Shown here piece after piece: positions 55,668-63,496 of a stretch of DNA of 64,000 nt (position 1 is the first letter of the stretch; every line of letters begins with the position of its first letter). The stretch spans positions 769,327 to 833,326 of the forward strand of contig NZ_DJJS01000007.1 in NCBI RefSeq assembly GCF_002434265.1, read 5' to 3'. The position numbers and the translations under genes are program-made. This DNA comes from Pseudomonas sp. UBA6562 (GTDB lineage: Bacteria; Pseudomonadota; Gammaproteobacteria; Pseudomonadales; Pseudomonadaceae). The notes beneath the pieces were generated by a model that was given only the letters and a program-made list of their open reading frames with translations, was not told where the DNA came from and made no database searches.

Positions 55668-56711
55668 TCATAGGTCCACGACCTTGAGGGGTTTTGTCTC
55701 TTTCTTTTTCTTGCCGGCGGCTTTTGCTTTGCCCTTCTTGCCACCGTTGCATTCCACAGACGTGGTCCAGCCGGACTGGGTAAATACCTGTTCCACGCCG
55801 TCCACTAGATACTCACCGTCCAGCCCGGGCTTAAAGCCCTCGGCATTGATCGACCGTTCAGCGAACAGATCGGCACGCCCGGCCATTTCGAGGCGTACAG
55901 CGGCAGTGCTGCGGTTGAATGCGGCCAGACGCGCCTTAGCGGCCTGCTCGGCAGCGCTCTTGTTGGGGTAGGTGTGTCGATCGGTATGCACCGGCGGCAG
56001 GCTGTCCGGGGCGTCATCGTTGGCCAGCTCCACGACCTGCAGCTTTCCGGTCTTCGGGTCTTGGTGCTGGGTCTTCACGGCCTTCTGCGTGTTGCGATCG
56101 CCAAGCCGGAATTGGTACCGACTCACGTCGGCTCTGTTGATCGTCACCACCGACAGCGTCTTGCCGGACGCGCTCTGGCCACCTTGGCGGGGCATCACCA
56201 GCAGTTTGCTTTCGGCCACCTTGGCCGTGCAGTCGTACTGCCTGGCCAGGCGGGTGATGAAGTTAAAATCGGACTCATTGCGCTGGTCGATTCGCTCGAC
56301 CTTGGTACCCACCGAACACACCGGCTCCCAGCCGTTGCGCTTGGCGATATCGTTGACGATCTGCGACAAGGGCGTGCCTTCCCAGCTACCGCTACGCACG
56401 GTCTTACCGCTGCCGCGCATGTCGCTTGCCTTGCCGCGTATAACGATCGTGTCAGGCGGCCCGCTTACCTCCACCTCGTCGACCCTATAGGCGCCCATCC
56501 GGGTAAGCGCCTGGCCCACATAGCCCATCATCACCGTGACGTTGCTTCCGCGCGAAGGCAGGGCAACGGCTTGGTCCCGATCGTCAATTCGCAGCTCGAA
56601 TTCGTCCGAGTCCATCCCGGGCTTGTCCGAGATACGCAGCATCAGCAGTCGGTCGTTGATCAGCGTGGTGATGTCCCGGCCGTCTGCAATGATCCGGTAG
56701 GTAGGTTGCAT
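55668..56711 (-). CDS. Phage late control gene D protein (P2 gpD family)
   Basis: 347 aa. N-terminus MQPTYRIIADGRDIT...RLLMLRISDKPGMDSDEFELRIDD is typical of gpD. Confidence 0.85.
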   Translation of the reverse strand: MQPTYRIIADGRDITTLINDRLLMLRISDKPGMDSDEFELRIDDRDQAVALPSRGSNVTVMMGYVGQALTRMGAYRVDEVEVSGPPDTIVIRGKASDMRGSGKTVRSGSWEGTPLSQIVNDIAKRNGWEPVCSVGTKVERIDQRNESDFNFITRLARQYDCTAKVAESKLLVMPRQGGQSASGKTLSVVTINRADVSRYQFRLGDRNTQKAVKTQHQDPKTGKLQVVELANDDAPDSLPPVHTDRHTYPNKSAAEQAAKARLAAFNRSTAAVRLEMAGRADLFAERSINAEGFKPGLDGEYLVDGVEQVFTQSGWTTSVECNGGKKGKAKAAGKKKKETKPLKVVDL

Positions 56712-56732
56712 GGTTCAGGCTCCAGAAAAGAA

Positions 56733-56753
56733 AACCCCGCACTGGGCGGGGTT
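56733..56753 (-). terminator. Rho-independent terminator-like hairpin between gpX and gpD
   Basis: Minus strand: AACCCCGCCCAGTGCGGGGTTTTCTTTTC. Confidence 0.6.
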
Positions 56754-56773
56754 CGTTACGCGTAACGGGAGGG

Positions 56774-56980
56774 TCAATCCCATAGCTGAATGAGTTCGGT
56801 GGTCTGCGCCGCCAGATCTGGCAGGTAGATGAGCACCCCGGCGCGATAGGGCTGGTCGTGCTCGGCCAAGCCCTGATTGGCGTTCAGCACAGCTTCAACC
56901 GCCCCTTTCAGATGCCCATAGTGGTGGTAACAGATGCTGTCGAGCAGATCCCCGTCAGACGTTCTGCAGGTCATTGCCAT
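56774..56980 (-). CDS. Phage tail protein X (P2 gpX family)
   Basis: 68 aa. DLLDSICYHHYG...VLNANQGLA...LPD pattern of gpX. Located between gpU and gpD, as in R-type pyocin clusters. Confidence 0.75.
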   Translation of the reverse strand: MAMTCRTSDGDLLDSICYHHYGHLKGAVEAVLNANQGLAEHDQPYRAGVLIYLPDLAAQTTELIQLWD

Positions 56981-57800
56981 AGCTCACAAACTCCAAGGTG
57001 AACGCCTGTTTTCGCGGAATGCCGCCGGCGAGCAGGTTGCTTTGCTCTTCTTCCACACTGAGCAGGCACCAGGTACCCAGCACCTCGCCATAGCCTGTAG
57101 TCAGGCCCACCGGCTGCAAGGCGCGCCCGATGCTGCGCAACGTGTTCAGTTGCTTGAGACCGCCCTTGAAGCCCGGGAAAATAGCCCCCTTGAGCGTCAA
57201 CTTGTCTTCGCCCAGCCCCACCGCCTGCTGCGCGATACTGCGCGTCAAACGCTCCTGCCCTGCCCACTTGAACGACGTTTGCCGGCGCAGTTCGTCAAAC
57301 GCTGCCGTATCGATGTTGAAGTAATACGGCTGCGCGTTTGGCTCAACCGGCTGCAAGATCAGCAGGTGCGGGAAAGCCTTCACGGCATCGGCCTTGGGCG
57401 TGAGTTGCGGCGCTAGTGCGCTGCTCGGCACGACGCTGGCCAGCGCCGGTGAAGACTTGCCTGCAAGCCGCCCGATAGCGGCAGTCGCCCGGCCGGCCTG
57501 CTCCTTGATAACGCCAAGGCGCTCTTGCACCTGCCCCACCGCCGCAACCGCCTGACCGTATGTCGACGTCACCCGCCCCACGGCGGACTGGGCCACGCTG
57601 ATGGCGCGCATGGTGCGCTGCAGCTTGGCGCCGATCGCCGGCCCAACGAATGGAACGCTTTCGAGATCCGAGGCCGCACCGGTGATATCGCTCACAGCGC
57701 CGTTGAGCGGGCTGACCATGCCGTCCATGCTGGTACGGCCAGCCTCCTTTGCTGCTACCAAGTTGGTCAGCCCTGATTGCAGTAGCTCCATGTAGGGCAT
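56955..57800 (-). CDS. Phage tail protein gpU family with ~135-aa N-terminal extension
   Basis: The C-terminal ~145 aa (PYYFNIDTAAFDELRRQTSFKWAGQERL...TLKGAIFPGFKGG...TWCLLSVEEEQS...FTLEFVSY) are gpU-like. Strong GAGGAGG RBS before ATG 57800. Confidence 0.75.
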   Translation of the reverse strand: MPYMELLQSGLTNLVAAKEAGRTSMDGMVSPLNGAVSDITGAASDLESVPFVGPAIGAKLQRTMRAISVAQSAVGRVTSTYGQAVAAVGQVQERLGVIKEQAGRATAAIGRLAGKSSPALASVVPSSALAPQLTPKADAVKAFPHLLILQPVEPNAQPYYFNIDTAAFDELRRQTSFKWAGQERLTRSIAQQAVGLGEDKLTLKGAIFPGFKGGLKQLNTLRSIGRALQPVGLTTGYGEVLGTWCLLSVEEEQSNLLAGGIPRKQAFTLEFVSYGNDLQNV

Positions 57801-57809
57801 AGCCCCTCC

Positions 57810-60800
57810 TCAAATGTGCGGTGCGTCGAACAGCTGCGTAGAGGCCTGCCGCGCCGCGACCTCGCGGGAAAAGGCTTCCCACTGCGCTCGCATGTGCGGC
57901 TCCAGCTCACGGGCCAGCTGGGCGGGATCTTTGACATCGCCCTGGACCGTGATCTGTAGGCTCGGCTTGAACTCAAATTGCTGCTCTACCTTGGGCGCGG
58001 CTGCCTTGGCCGGCGCCGGCGCTTTGGCGAGTACGGCCGCTGTCTGCGCCGGCGGCACGGCCAGCTCCCGCACCAGATCACCCAGCGCTGCAGGTGGCGG
58101 CGCCTTAGCCGGCAGCACCAACGGGCTAGCAGGCCTGTCGGTAGCCCTGGGCAATTTCAGCGCTGCCTGCACGGCAGGCGGTAGGGGCGGGCCGCTGTCG
58201 TCCTGGCGCTCTACCGGTCTTTTTGGTGGAACCAGATCTGCGCCAGGGAAGCGCACCTGTTGAGCCGGCAATGCCGGCACCATGAACGCGGCCCCATAGC
58301 CCGGGGCGGGCGGATCGTATGTAACCTTCTGATCGCCGGCGGGCTTGGCCTGCTGACCCACCGCCTCACCGACAGTAGGCAATAGCTGCGCAGGCGGCAC
58401 CGCCGCAGACACGGCCGGCTTGGGCATGGCCTCTGCTGGCCTGGCCAGCGCCTTTACCTCGACCTGCCCGGGCTGGCTTGGCGTCACCGGCGGTAGAACT
58501 ACCGGACCAGGCTTGACCACTACAGGCGGGACCGTGGCCCCGCCGGCGGGCTTGGCCTCGATCGGTACCGCCGGTTGACCTGGCGCCGCCGGCGGTAGGA
58601 CTACCGGACTAGGCCTGACCACTACAGGCGGGACCGTGGCCGCGCCGGCGGGCCTAGCCTCGATCGGTGCCGCCGGCTGACCTGGCGCCGCCGGCGATAC
58701 GACCACCGGACTAGGCTTGACCACCACCGGTGAAGCGGCGGCCGCGTCTGTGGGCTTGGTTTCGGCTGGTCCAGTCTGCTGGCTGGCTTCCGCCGGCGGG
58801 GGCTGCTTGGATTCGTCCTTGTCTTCGTCGTCAGACCCAAACAACTTTTTACCCAGCCAGCTGCCGCCGGCTTCGCCGCCCAGGCTGCCGAGGTAAGCCC
58901 CGACCGCACCGCCGATCGCCGTACCCAAAATCGGTACGACGGACCCGATCGCTGCTCCAGCAGCGGCGCCGGCGAGGGTGCCCGCCAGGCCGCCAGCGGC
59001 GCCGCCATACCCTTCGGCCTTCTCGTCCTGAGTTTCGGCGTTCTGGTAGGTGTCAACCGCGTTGATTCCAGCTTCCAGCAAGGCACCCCCAGGGATACCT
59101 TTACTCACGGCGCCCAACTTGCCGACCATGCCGGTCAGGCGCGCCATGCGGCCCGGTACCGGTCGTGGTGGCGGCGGCGGTGGCGGTGTCGGCGGCGGGC
59201 TTGGTGGTCGACCGGCGCCGTTGCGGCCGGACCTGCGTCGGCGCGATCCGCGCCGGCGGCCTTGGCCACCTTGCCCCGGGCCGGCCGGCGACCCGCCTAC
59301 AGCACCTCCGATGGCACTGGCGTTAACCACAAATACCTTTTGCGGCTCACCACTACCGCCGTCACCATCGTTGGCCGCTCCGTCCTCGTCAGGGCGCAGC
59401 AGATCGAGCACTTTCAGCCCGGTGTCCATCAGGCTAAAGGGCTTTTTGCCGCCCTCCTCGGCAGCATCGGCACCTTCATTTTCAGGCTCGGCCGCGTCCT
59501 TGCCTCCAAGCGCTTTGATTCCGCTTGCCAGCAGGCCAAGGGCAATTTCCCGCTTGCTCTTGGGCTGGTCGTCACCATCCCCGTCAGCATCACCAGCTCC
59601 AGGGTTGGTGACGAAGACCTTTTGCACCTCCCCGGGCTTTCCGGTACGCCCAAGCAACGCACCGCGACCAATGTTCAGCAGCCCCTTACCAATTTTGAAG
59701 GCGCTGAACACGGATTTTAGCGCTATGAAGCCTGCACCAACTGCCACCATGCCGGCGACGACAGGCTTGGAGTTGTCCGATAGCTCAGTAAAGCCCTGGG
59801 CCGTAGCAGTGATGGCCTTAGCCACCCCATCAGTCATCGGCCGGATGGCATCGCCAATGCTGCGCATCGAGTCGTTGACCGACTGCATTGTCTCCGCCCA
59901 CAGCTGCGAAGACGTTTCCCGGCGCTCAGCCAGGTTCTTGTCGAGAATCCCCGACGCCTTTCGGGAGTCGGCTTTTAACTCTTCGTACAGCCCCCGGTTC
60001 TGCCCGTAGGCGGTGAGCGCTGCCTTGACCTGCATGTCGGCAAAGATGTCGCCGGTGCGCAAGGTTTTTTCCAAGGCATCGAGCGCGGCCCGGGCTTTCT
60101 CTGGATCGACCTCCTTGTCGATTTTGGCCTTGGCCTGCTCGATCTTCTCAGCCTTGGCAGGGTCGGTCGCCTTGACGTATTTCATGGCCAGGGCCATGGA
60201 CGCCTCGATAACGTTCATGCCCTTCTGCAGGCCCGTATTGAGCGAGGCCTGATAGTCGATGCCGGCGTCTTTGTAAGCCTTGACCACGTCGCCGGCGCCT
60301 AACTTCTCCATCCAGTTCTTGAAGTTGTTGGCCGCTTCATCCGAACTGCCGGCAGTCTTCATCTGCACTTGCAGCATCGAGCCGAGCGAGGTCACGGCAT
60401 CCAGGCCGGTAATCCCGTTCTTCTCCATGCCTGCGAGCAGCTGCGGAAACCACTTGGCCATGTCGCTGGCTTCGAAGCTGCCCGCCTGGCCTTGATAGGC
60501 GATCGCCTCAAGGGCCTGCTGCATGACCTTGGGGTCAGTGATCTTGGCGTTCTGCTCAAGCGCCTGAATCATCGACGCCGTGTCGACCCCCGATGCGCCC
60601 TGCCCGATCGCAAACTTGGCCGCGACTGGGGCATACGACAGCGCCTTGTCCAGCTCCATGCCGGCGCCCACCAGCTGGTTGACCAGATCCGCCACGTCGT
60701 TGCGCGACATGCCGGTATTGCTGGCCGTGTCGATCACCGTACGGTTTAGCTGGGCTTCTTCTGGCTTGTTGACGATGTCGGCCTTGATCGCAATGTCACG

Positions 60801-61253
60801 GATAATCGCCTGATAGTCCGCGCTGATCTTGGCCGGCACAGTGACCAGGCCGGTGGCCACCACCGCCTGCCCAAGGCTCGACTTGAGCGAGGCCCGGCCC
60901 TGCTCGACCTGCTGGTGCCCTTTCATCTGCAAGTCGGACGCCCTGGCCACCTGACCGAGGCGTGCGTACTCCGATGCAAGCCTGCCCACCTCGACGCCTT
61001 GCTTGCGCAGGGCGTTGTTGTTGGCCTCCAGCCTGTTGAGCAGCTTGCTTGCATTGGCGGCGCCGCTTTCATGGGCTTTGCGCCACTCGTCGCGCAGGCG
61101 CATGGTCTCGCCGATCATGCCCTTGAGGGCCTTGGCCTTGTTGCCTTGCTTCTCCAGCTTGTCGATGCGGCCTTCGACGTTCTTGAACGCGGCGCCGACC
61201 GACGAACTGACGGCGCCGCCGATCACCACTGCTAACGCCAGTTTGCTCGACAT
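57810..61253 (-). CDS. Phage tail tape measure protein (P2 gpT family), 1147 aa, with atypical low-complexity insert
   Basis: Helical N-terminal ~560 aa and a gpT-like C-terminus (QFEFKPSLQITVQGDVKDPAQLARELEPHM). The middle contains Gly/Asp tracts, a poly-Pro/Arg tract, a glycine zipper and Pro-rich tandem repeats. Confidence 0.85.
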   Translation of the reverse strand: MSSKLALAVVIGGAVSSSVGAAFKNVEGRIDKLEKQGNKAKALKGMIGETMRLRDEWRKAHESGAANASKLLNRLEANNNALRKQGVEVGRLASEYARLGQVARASDLQMKGHQQVEQGRASLKSSLGQAVVATGLVTVPAKISADYQAIIRDIAIKADIVNKPEEAQLNRTVIDTASNTGMSRNDVADLVNQLVGAGMELDKALSYAPVAAKFAIGQGASGVDTASMIQALEQNAKITDPKVMQQALEAIAYQGQAGSFEASDMAKWFPQLLAGMEKNGITGLDAVTSLGSMLQVQMKTAGSSDEAANNFKNWMEKLGAGDVVKAYKDAGIDYQASLNTGLQKGMNVIEASMALAMKYVKATDPAKAEKIEQAKAKIDKEVDPEKARAALDALEKTLRTGDIFADMQVKAALTAYGQNRGLYEELKADSRKASGILDKNLAERRETSSQLWAETMQSVNDSMRSIGDAIRPMTDGVAKAITATAQGFTELSDNSKPVVAGMVAVGAGFIALKSVFSAFKIGKGLLNIGRGALLGRTGKPGEVQKVFVTNPGAGDADGDGDDQPKSKREIALGLLASGIKALGGKDAAEPENEGADAAEEGGKKPFSLMDTGLKVLDLLRPDEDGAANDGDGGSGEPQKVFVVNASAIGGAVGGSPAGPGQGGQGRRRGSRRRRSGRNGAGRPPSPPPTPPPPPPPRPVPGRMARLTGMVGKLGAVSKGIPGGALLEAGINAVDTYQNAETQDEKAEGYGGAAGGLAGTLAGAAAGAAIGSVVPILGTAIGGAVGAYLGSLGGEAGGSWLGKKLFGSDDEDKDESKQPPPAEASQQTGPAETKPTDAAAASPVVVKPSPVVVSPAAPGQPAAPIEARPAGAATVPPVVVRPSPVVLPPAAPGQPAVPIEAKPAGGATVPPVVVKPGPVVLPPVTPSQPGQVEVKALARPAEAMPKPAVSAAVPPAQLLPTVGEAVGQQAKPAGDQKVTYDPPAPGYGAAFMVPALPAQQVRFPGADLVPPKRPVERQDDSGPPLPPAVQAALKLPRATDRPASPLVLPAKAPPPAALGDLVRELAVPPAQTAAVLAKAPAPAKAAAPKVEQQFEFKPSLQITVQGDVKDPAQLARELEPHMRAQWEAFSREVAARQASTQLFDAPHI
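58487..58740. repeat. Tandem 102-nt (34-codon) repeat, about 2.5 copies, inside the tape measure gene
   Basis: The motif CCGGCGGTAG/CCGGCGATAC recurs at 58487, 58589 and 58691. Encodes PPVVV[KR]P[GS]PVVLPPAAPGQPA[AV]PIEA[KR]PAG[GA]ATV units. Confidence 0.85.
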
Positions 61254-61270
61254 CAGCTATCCCCCGGGCT

Positions 61271-61409
61271 TTAGTCCGAAAGCCACCACACCATGTCGGC
61301 AAACGTCATGGTCATAATCTCGGTGGCGGAAAAATTCAGCTCAGCAGCCAGACGCTTGGCCAGCTGCTTTTGCACAGTGGGGCTGAACTCAGCGTTCGCT
61401 GACCAGAAA
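61271..61409 (-). CDS. gpE' extension (GpE-family tail protein segment), expected to be expressed as a gpE+E' frameshift product
   Basis: A frame open from 61447 to TAA 61271-61273 encodes ..FSPTVQKQLAKRLAAELNFSATEIMTMTFADMVWWLSD. It is +1 (equivalently -2) relative to gpE. The 5' coordinate given is the proposed UUU-C shift site. Confidence 0.5.
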
Positions 61410-61682
61410 GCGGTAGCCCAGCTTGACGCGCTCGTAGTCCTTGAGCGTCATGTTTTCCCAGTCCTTACTCCCTACCTGGGCCAGGGAGGCGAACAGGTTC
61501 AGTTCGAGCTGTTCGTTATCAGACCCGCATGCCGCCGTGGCGGCGCGCATGTCGCGCACAGTGGGCGTGCGCATATGCAACGAATCAACCGTGGTGCCGT
61601 TGAGTTCGGTGGGGGTACTCAGCTTAATGGTGACGCCGTCAGCGGCGACGGAGAGGAAGGCAGGGGCGATTTTATTGGTCAT
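61389..61682 (-). CDS. Phage tail assembly chaperone (P2 gpE family)
   Basis: 97 aa, located between the tube and tape measure genes. AAGGA RBS. Confidence 0.75.
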   Translation of the reverse strand: MTNKIAPAFLSVAADGVTIKLSTPTELNGTTVDSLHMRTPTVRDMRAATAACGSDNEQLELNLFASLAQVGSKDWENMTLKDYERVKLGYRFLVSER

Positions 61683-61727
61683 GGTGCAAGATCCTTGATT
61701 CGAATGTGATAGAGGTGAAAGAGAGCC

Positions 61728-62237
61728 TTACAGGCCCAGGTCAGCGCGCTGGCTGGCCAGCTGGTCGACGCCGTCGATAACGCGGCGCATGCCTACCGGG
61801 TCGATCTCGTACACCGTGCGGCCGCCGACTTCGAGCTTGTAGAAGGTCACTGCGACGTTGTGCTTGATCTCGGCCTTGTCGCCGGCCTTCCAGTCGCCCA
61901 TGTCGACCTCTTTCAGCGAGCCGCGCAGGGTGACGATTACGGGGGTGGTCTTGCCGCCCTGGCCTTTGAACGAGCCTCGGAACGTGCCGTTGAACGCCTT
62001 GCCATCGGCCAGGCCGAAGAATTTCAGCGACTCGCGGCGGACGCCAGTGGTGACAAACCCGGCCTCCATCTTTTCCATGCCCTGATCCATCTCGATCGGC
62101 ATGTCCATGCCGCCAACGCGATGGTCTTCGGTCTTGAGGGTGAGCTTGGGCAGGGTCAGGCTTGGAACATCGCCCTGGAAGCTGATGCCGTCTGCGAACA
62201 GGTTAAAGTTGGCCAGGGTTTCGGGAATCATTGCCAT
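61728..62237 (-). CDS. Contractile tail tube protein (P2 FII family)
   Basis: 169 aa beginning MAMIPETLANFNLFADG, typical of FII/tube proteins. Follows the sheath gene by 12 nt. Confidence 0.85.
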   Translation of the reverse strand: MAMIPETLANFNLFADGISFQGDVPSLTLPKLTLKTEDHRVGGMDMPIEMDQGMEKMEAGFVTTGVRRESLKFFGLADGKAFNGTFRGSFKGQGGKTTPVIVTLRGSLKEVDMGDWKAGDKAEIKHNVAVTFYKLEVGGRTVYEIDPVGMRRVIDGVDQLASQRADLGL

Positions 62238-62249
62238 GCTGTGCGCTCC

Positions 62250-63410
62250 TTAAGCGTTGTCGAGGATTTCGTTCAGGTACTGATCGGTGACTTCCACGCG
62301 GAAGTTGGGGTTTTCGGCCGGCGGCACGTCGGTGAAACGAATGTTCCAGTACACCTTGCCCTGGCCCAGTTGAGAGGCCGTGTTGAGGTCAGGATCTGCG
62401 TAGACTTCGAAGTTGATCACTGCCCCCTGCGCTTTGAGATCGCGCATGAAGGATTGCAGGCCCTCGGTCACGTCCTTGACGTAAGTGGCCGTGATCGAGC
62501 GGTCGACCGCCCATTTGTGCCCTGCCTGAATGGCATCCATGATGATGTCCAGGGTGCGCACCCGCGTGACGAACGCCCATTTCGCATCGCTCGACAGCGT
62601 GCGGTTGCCCCACAGGCGGAACCCGTCGTCGCGAATGATCGTTGCCACATTGGCGTTATTGAGCAGGTTGGCCCGGCAAGTCTCGTCGCCGTCCAGAAAC
62701 TCCACCGAGCGCGTGGTGCCGGTGATCCCGACCAGTTCCTTGTTGGAAGGCGATGCCCAGAACCCGTAGTTGGCATCGGTCCAGGCAAACACGCCGGCGG
62801 CCCAGGCCGAGGCCGGCGCGTCGACCGTGGTGCTGGACGTGGTGTCCCAATACTGCACACCGGGGTCGACCATGAAGGCGCGCTTGGCGCCAAAGTTCTT
62901 GGCGTAGGCTTTGGCCGCTTCGTCGGTCGTGCCCGGGCCGTCGATGATGGCCAGGCCGCGCAGCTTGTCGGCCAGGCTTACCAACGCGGTGCCCACGGGC
63001 AGGGCCGAGCTGTGCTTGGGTGCAATCAGCAGCCGAGGCTGGGCATTGAAGCGGCTCTTGCCGTCCAGCAACGCCTGCAGGCCGGTACGCTTGCCGTTGG
63101 CCAGCACGCCGCCGATGATCGCCGAAGCCTGCGCCGCCGCTTCGGCCACCTTGGCGACGCCACACGCGACGATTACAGCCTTGGATCGGGTAAAGACGGC
63201 GATGCAGGCCTTGGTGATCGCAGCGTCTGGCCCCCAAGCCGAAACCGCTTCGCGCTCGGTGGTGATCAGCACCAGGTCATTGGCCTGTGCGGTGAAGGCC
63301 GGCGCCGGGGTAAACGTGTCGACCAGGCCAATGATCGAGGACGACGGCAGGGAGATGTTGCGCGCGCCGGTGTCGACGCTCGTTACGGTAACGCCGTGGA
63401 AGAAACTCAT
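62250..63410 (-). CDS. Contractile tail sheath protein (P2 FI family)
   Basis: 386 aa from MSFFHGVTV (typical FI N-terminus). Start at ATG 63410 preceded by GGAGA. Confidence 0.9.
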   Translation of the reverse strand: MSFFHGVTVTSVDTGARNISLPSSSIIGLVDTFTPAPAFTAQANDLVLITTEREAVSAWGPDAAITKACIAVFTRSKAVIVACGVAKVAEAAAQASAIIGGVLANGKRTGLQALLDGKSRFNAQPRLLIAPKHSSALPVGTALVSLADKLRGLAIIDGPGTTDEAAKAYAKNFGAKRAFMVDPGVQYWDTTSSTTVDAPASAWAAGVFAWTDANYGFWASPSNKELVGITGTTRSVEFLDGDETCRANLLNNANVATIIRDDGFRLWGNRTLSSDAKWAFVTRVRTLDIIMDAIQAGHKWAVDRSITATYVKDVTEGLQSFMRDLKAQGAVINFEVYADPDLNTASQLGQGKVYWNIRFTDVPPAENPNFRVEVTDQYLNEILDNA

Positions 63411-63433
63411 GGATGGATCTCCAGATATGCGAA

Positions 63434-63451
63434 AGCCCCGCATGCGGGGCT
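63434..63451. other. GC hairpin just upstream of the sheath gene
   Basis: AGCCCCGCATGCGGGGCT, a perfect palindrome. Function (RNA stabiliser or processing site) unknown. Confidence 0.4.
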
Positions 63452-63470
63452 TGTGGTACTGCGGAAATGA

Positions 63471-63496
63471 AAACGCCCCGTCAGTGCGGGGCGTTT
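63471..63496 (-). terminator. Rho-independent terminator after the tail fibre assembly gene
   Basis: Minus strand: AAACGCCCCGCACTGACGGGGCGTTTTCATTT. Confidence 0.7.

Noticed and set aside
58487-58740. Regularly spaced repeats that could be mistaken for a CRISPR array
   Set aside because: The repeats are contiguous 102-nt units without unique spacers. They lie in frame within the tape measure CDS. No cas genes are present in the window.
59050-60009. 319-aa plus-strand Pro/Ser/Ala-rich ORF inside the tape measure gene
   Set aside because: It is the antisense frame of the low-complexity tape measure insert. Open frames on both strands are expected for such repeats.
61453-61459. GGGAAAA heptamer as the gpE/E' slippery site
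   Set aside because: It is not in the X-XXY-YYZ phase of the gpE frame. It also lies upstream of a TGA (61448-61450) in the E' frame, so a shift here would terminate immediately.
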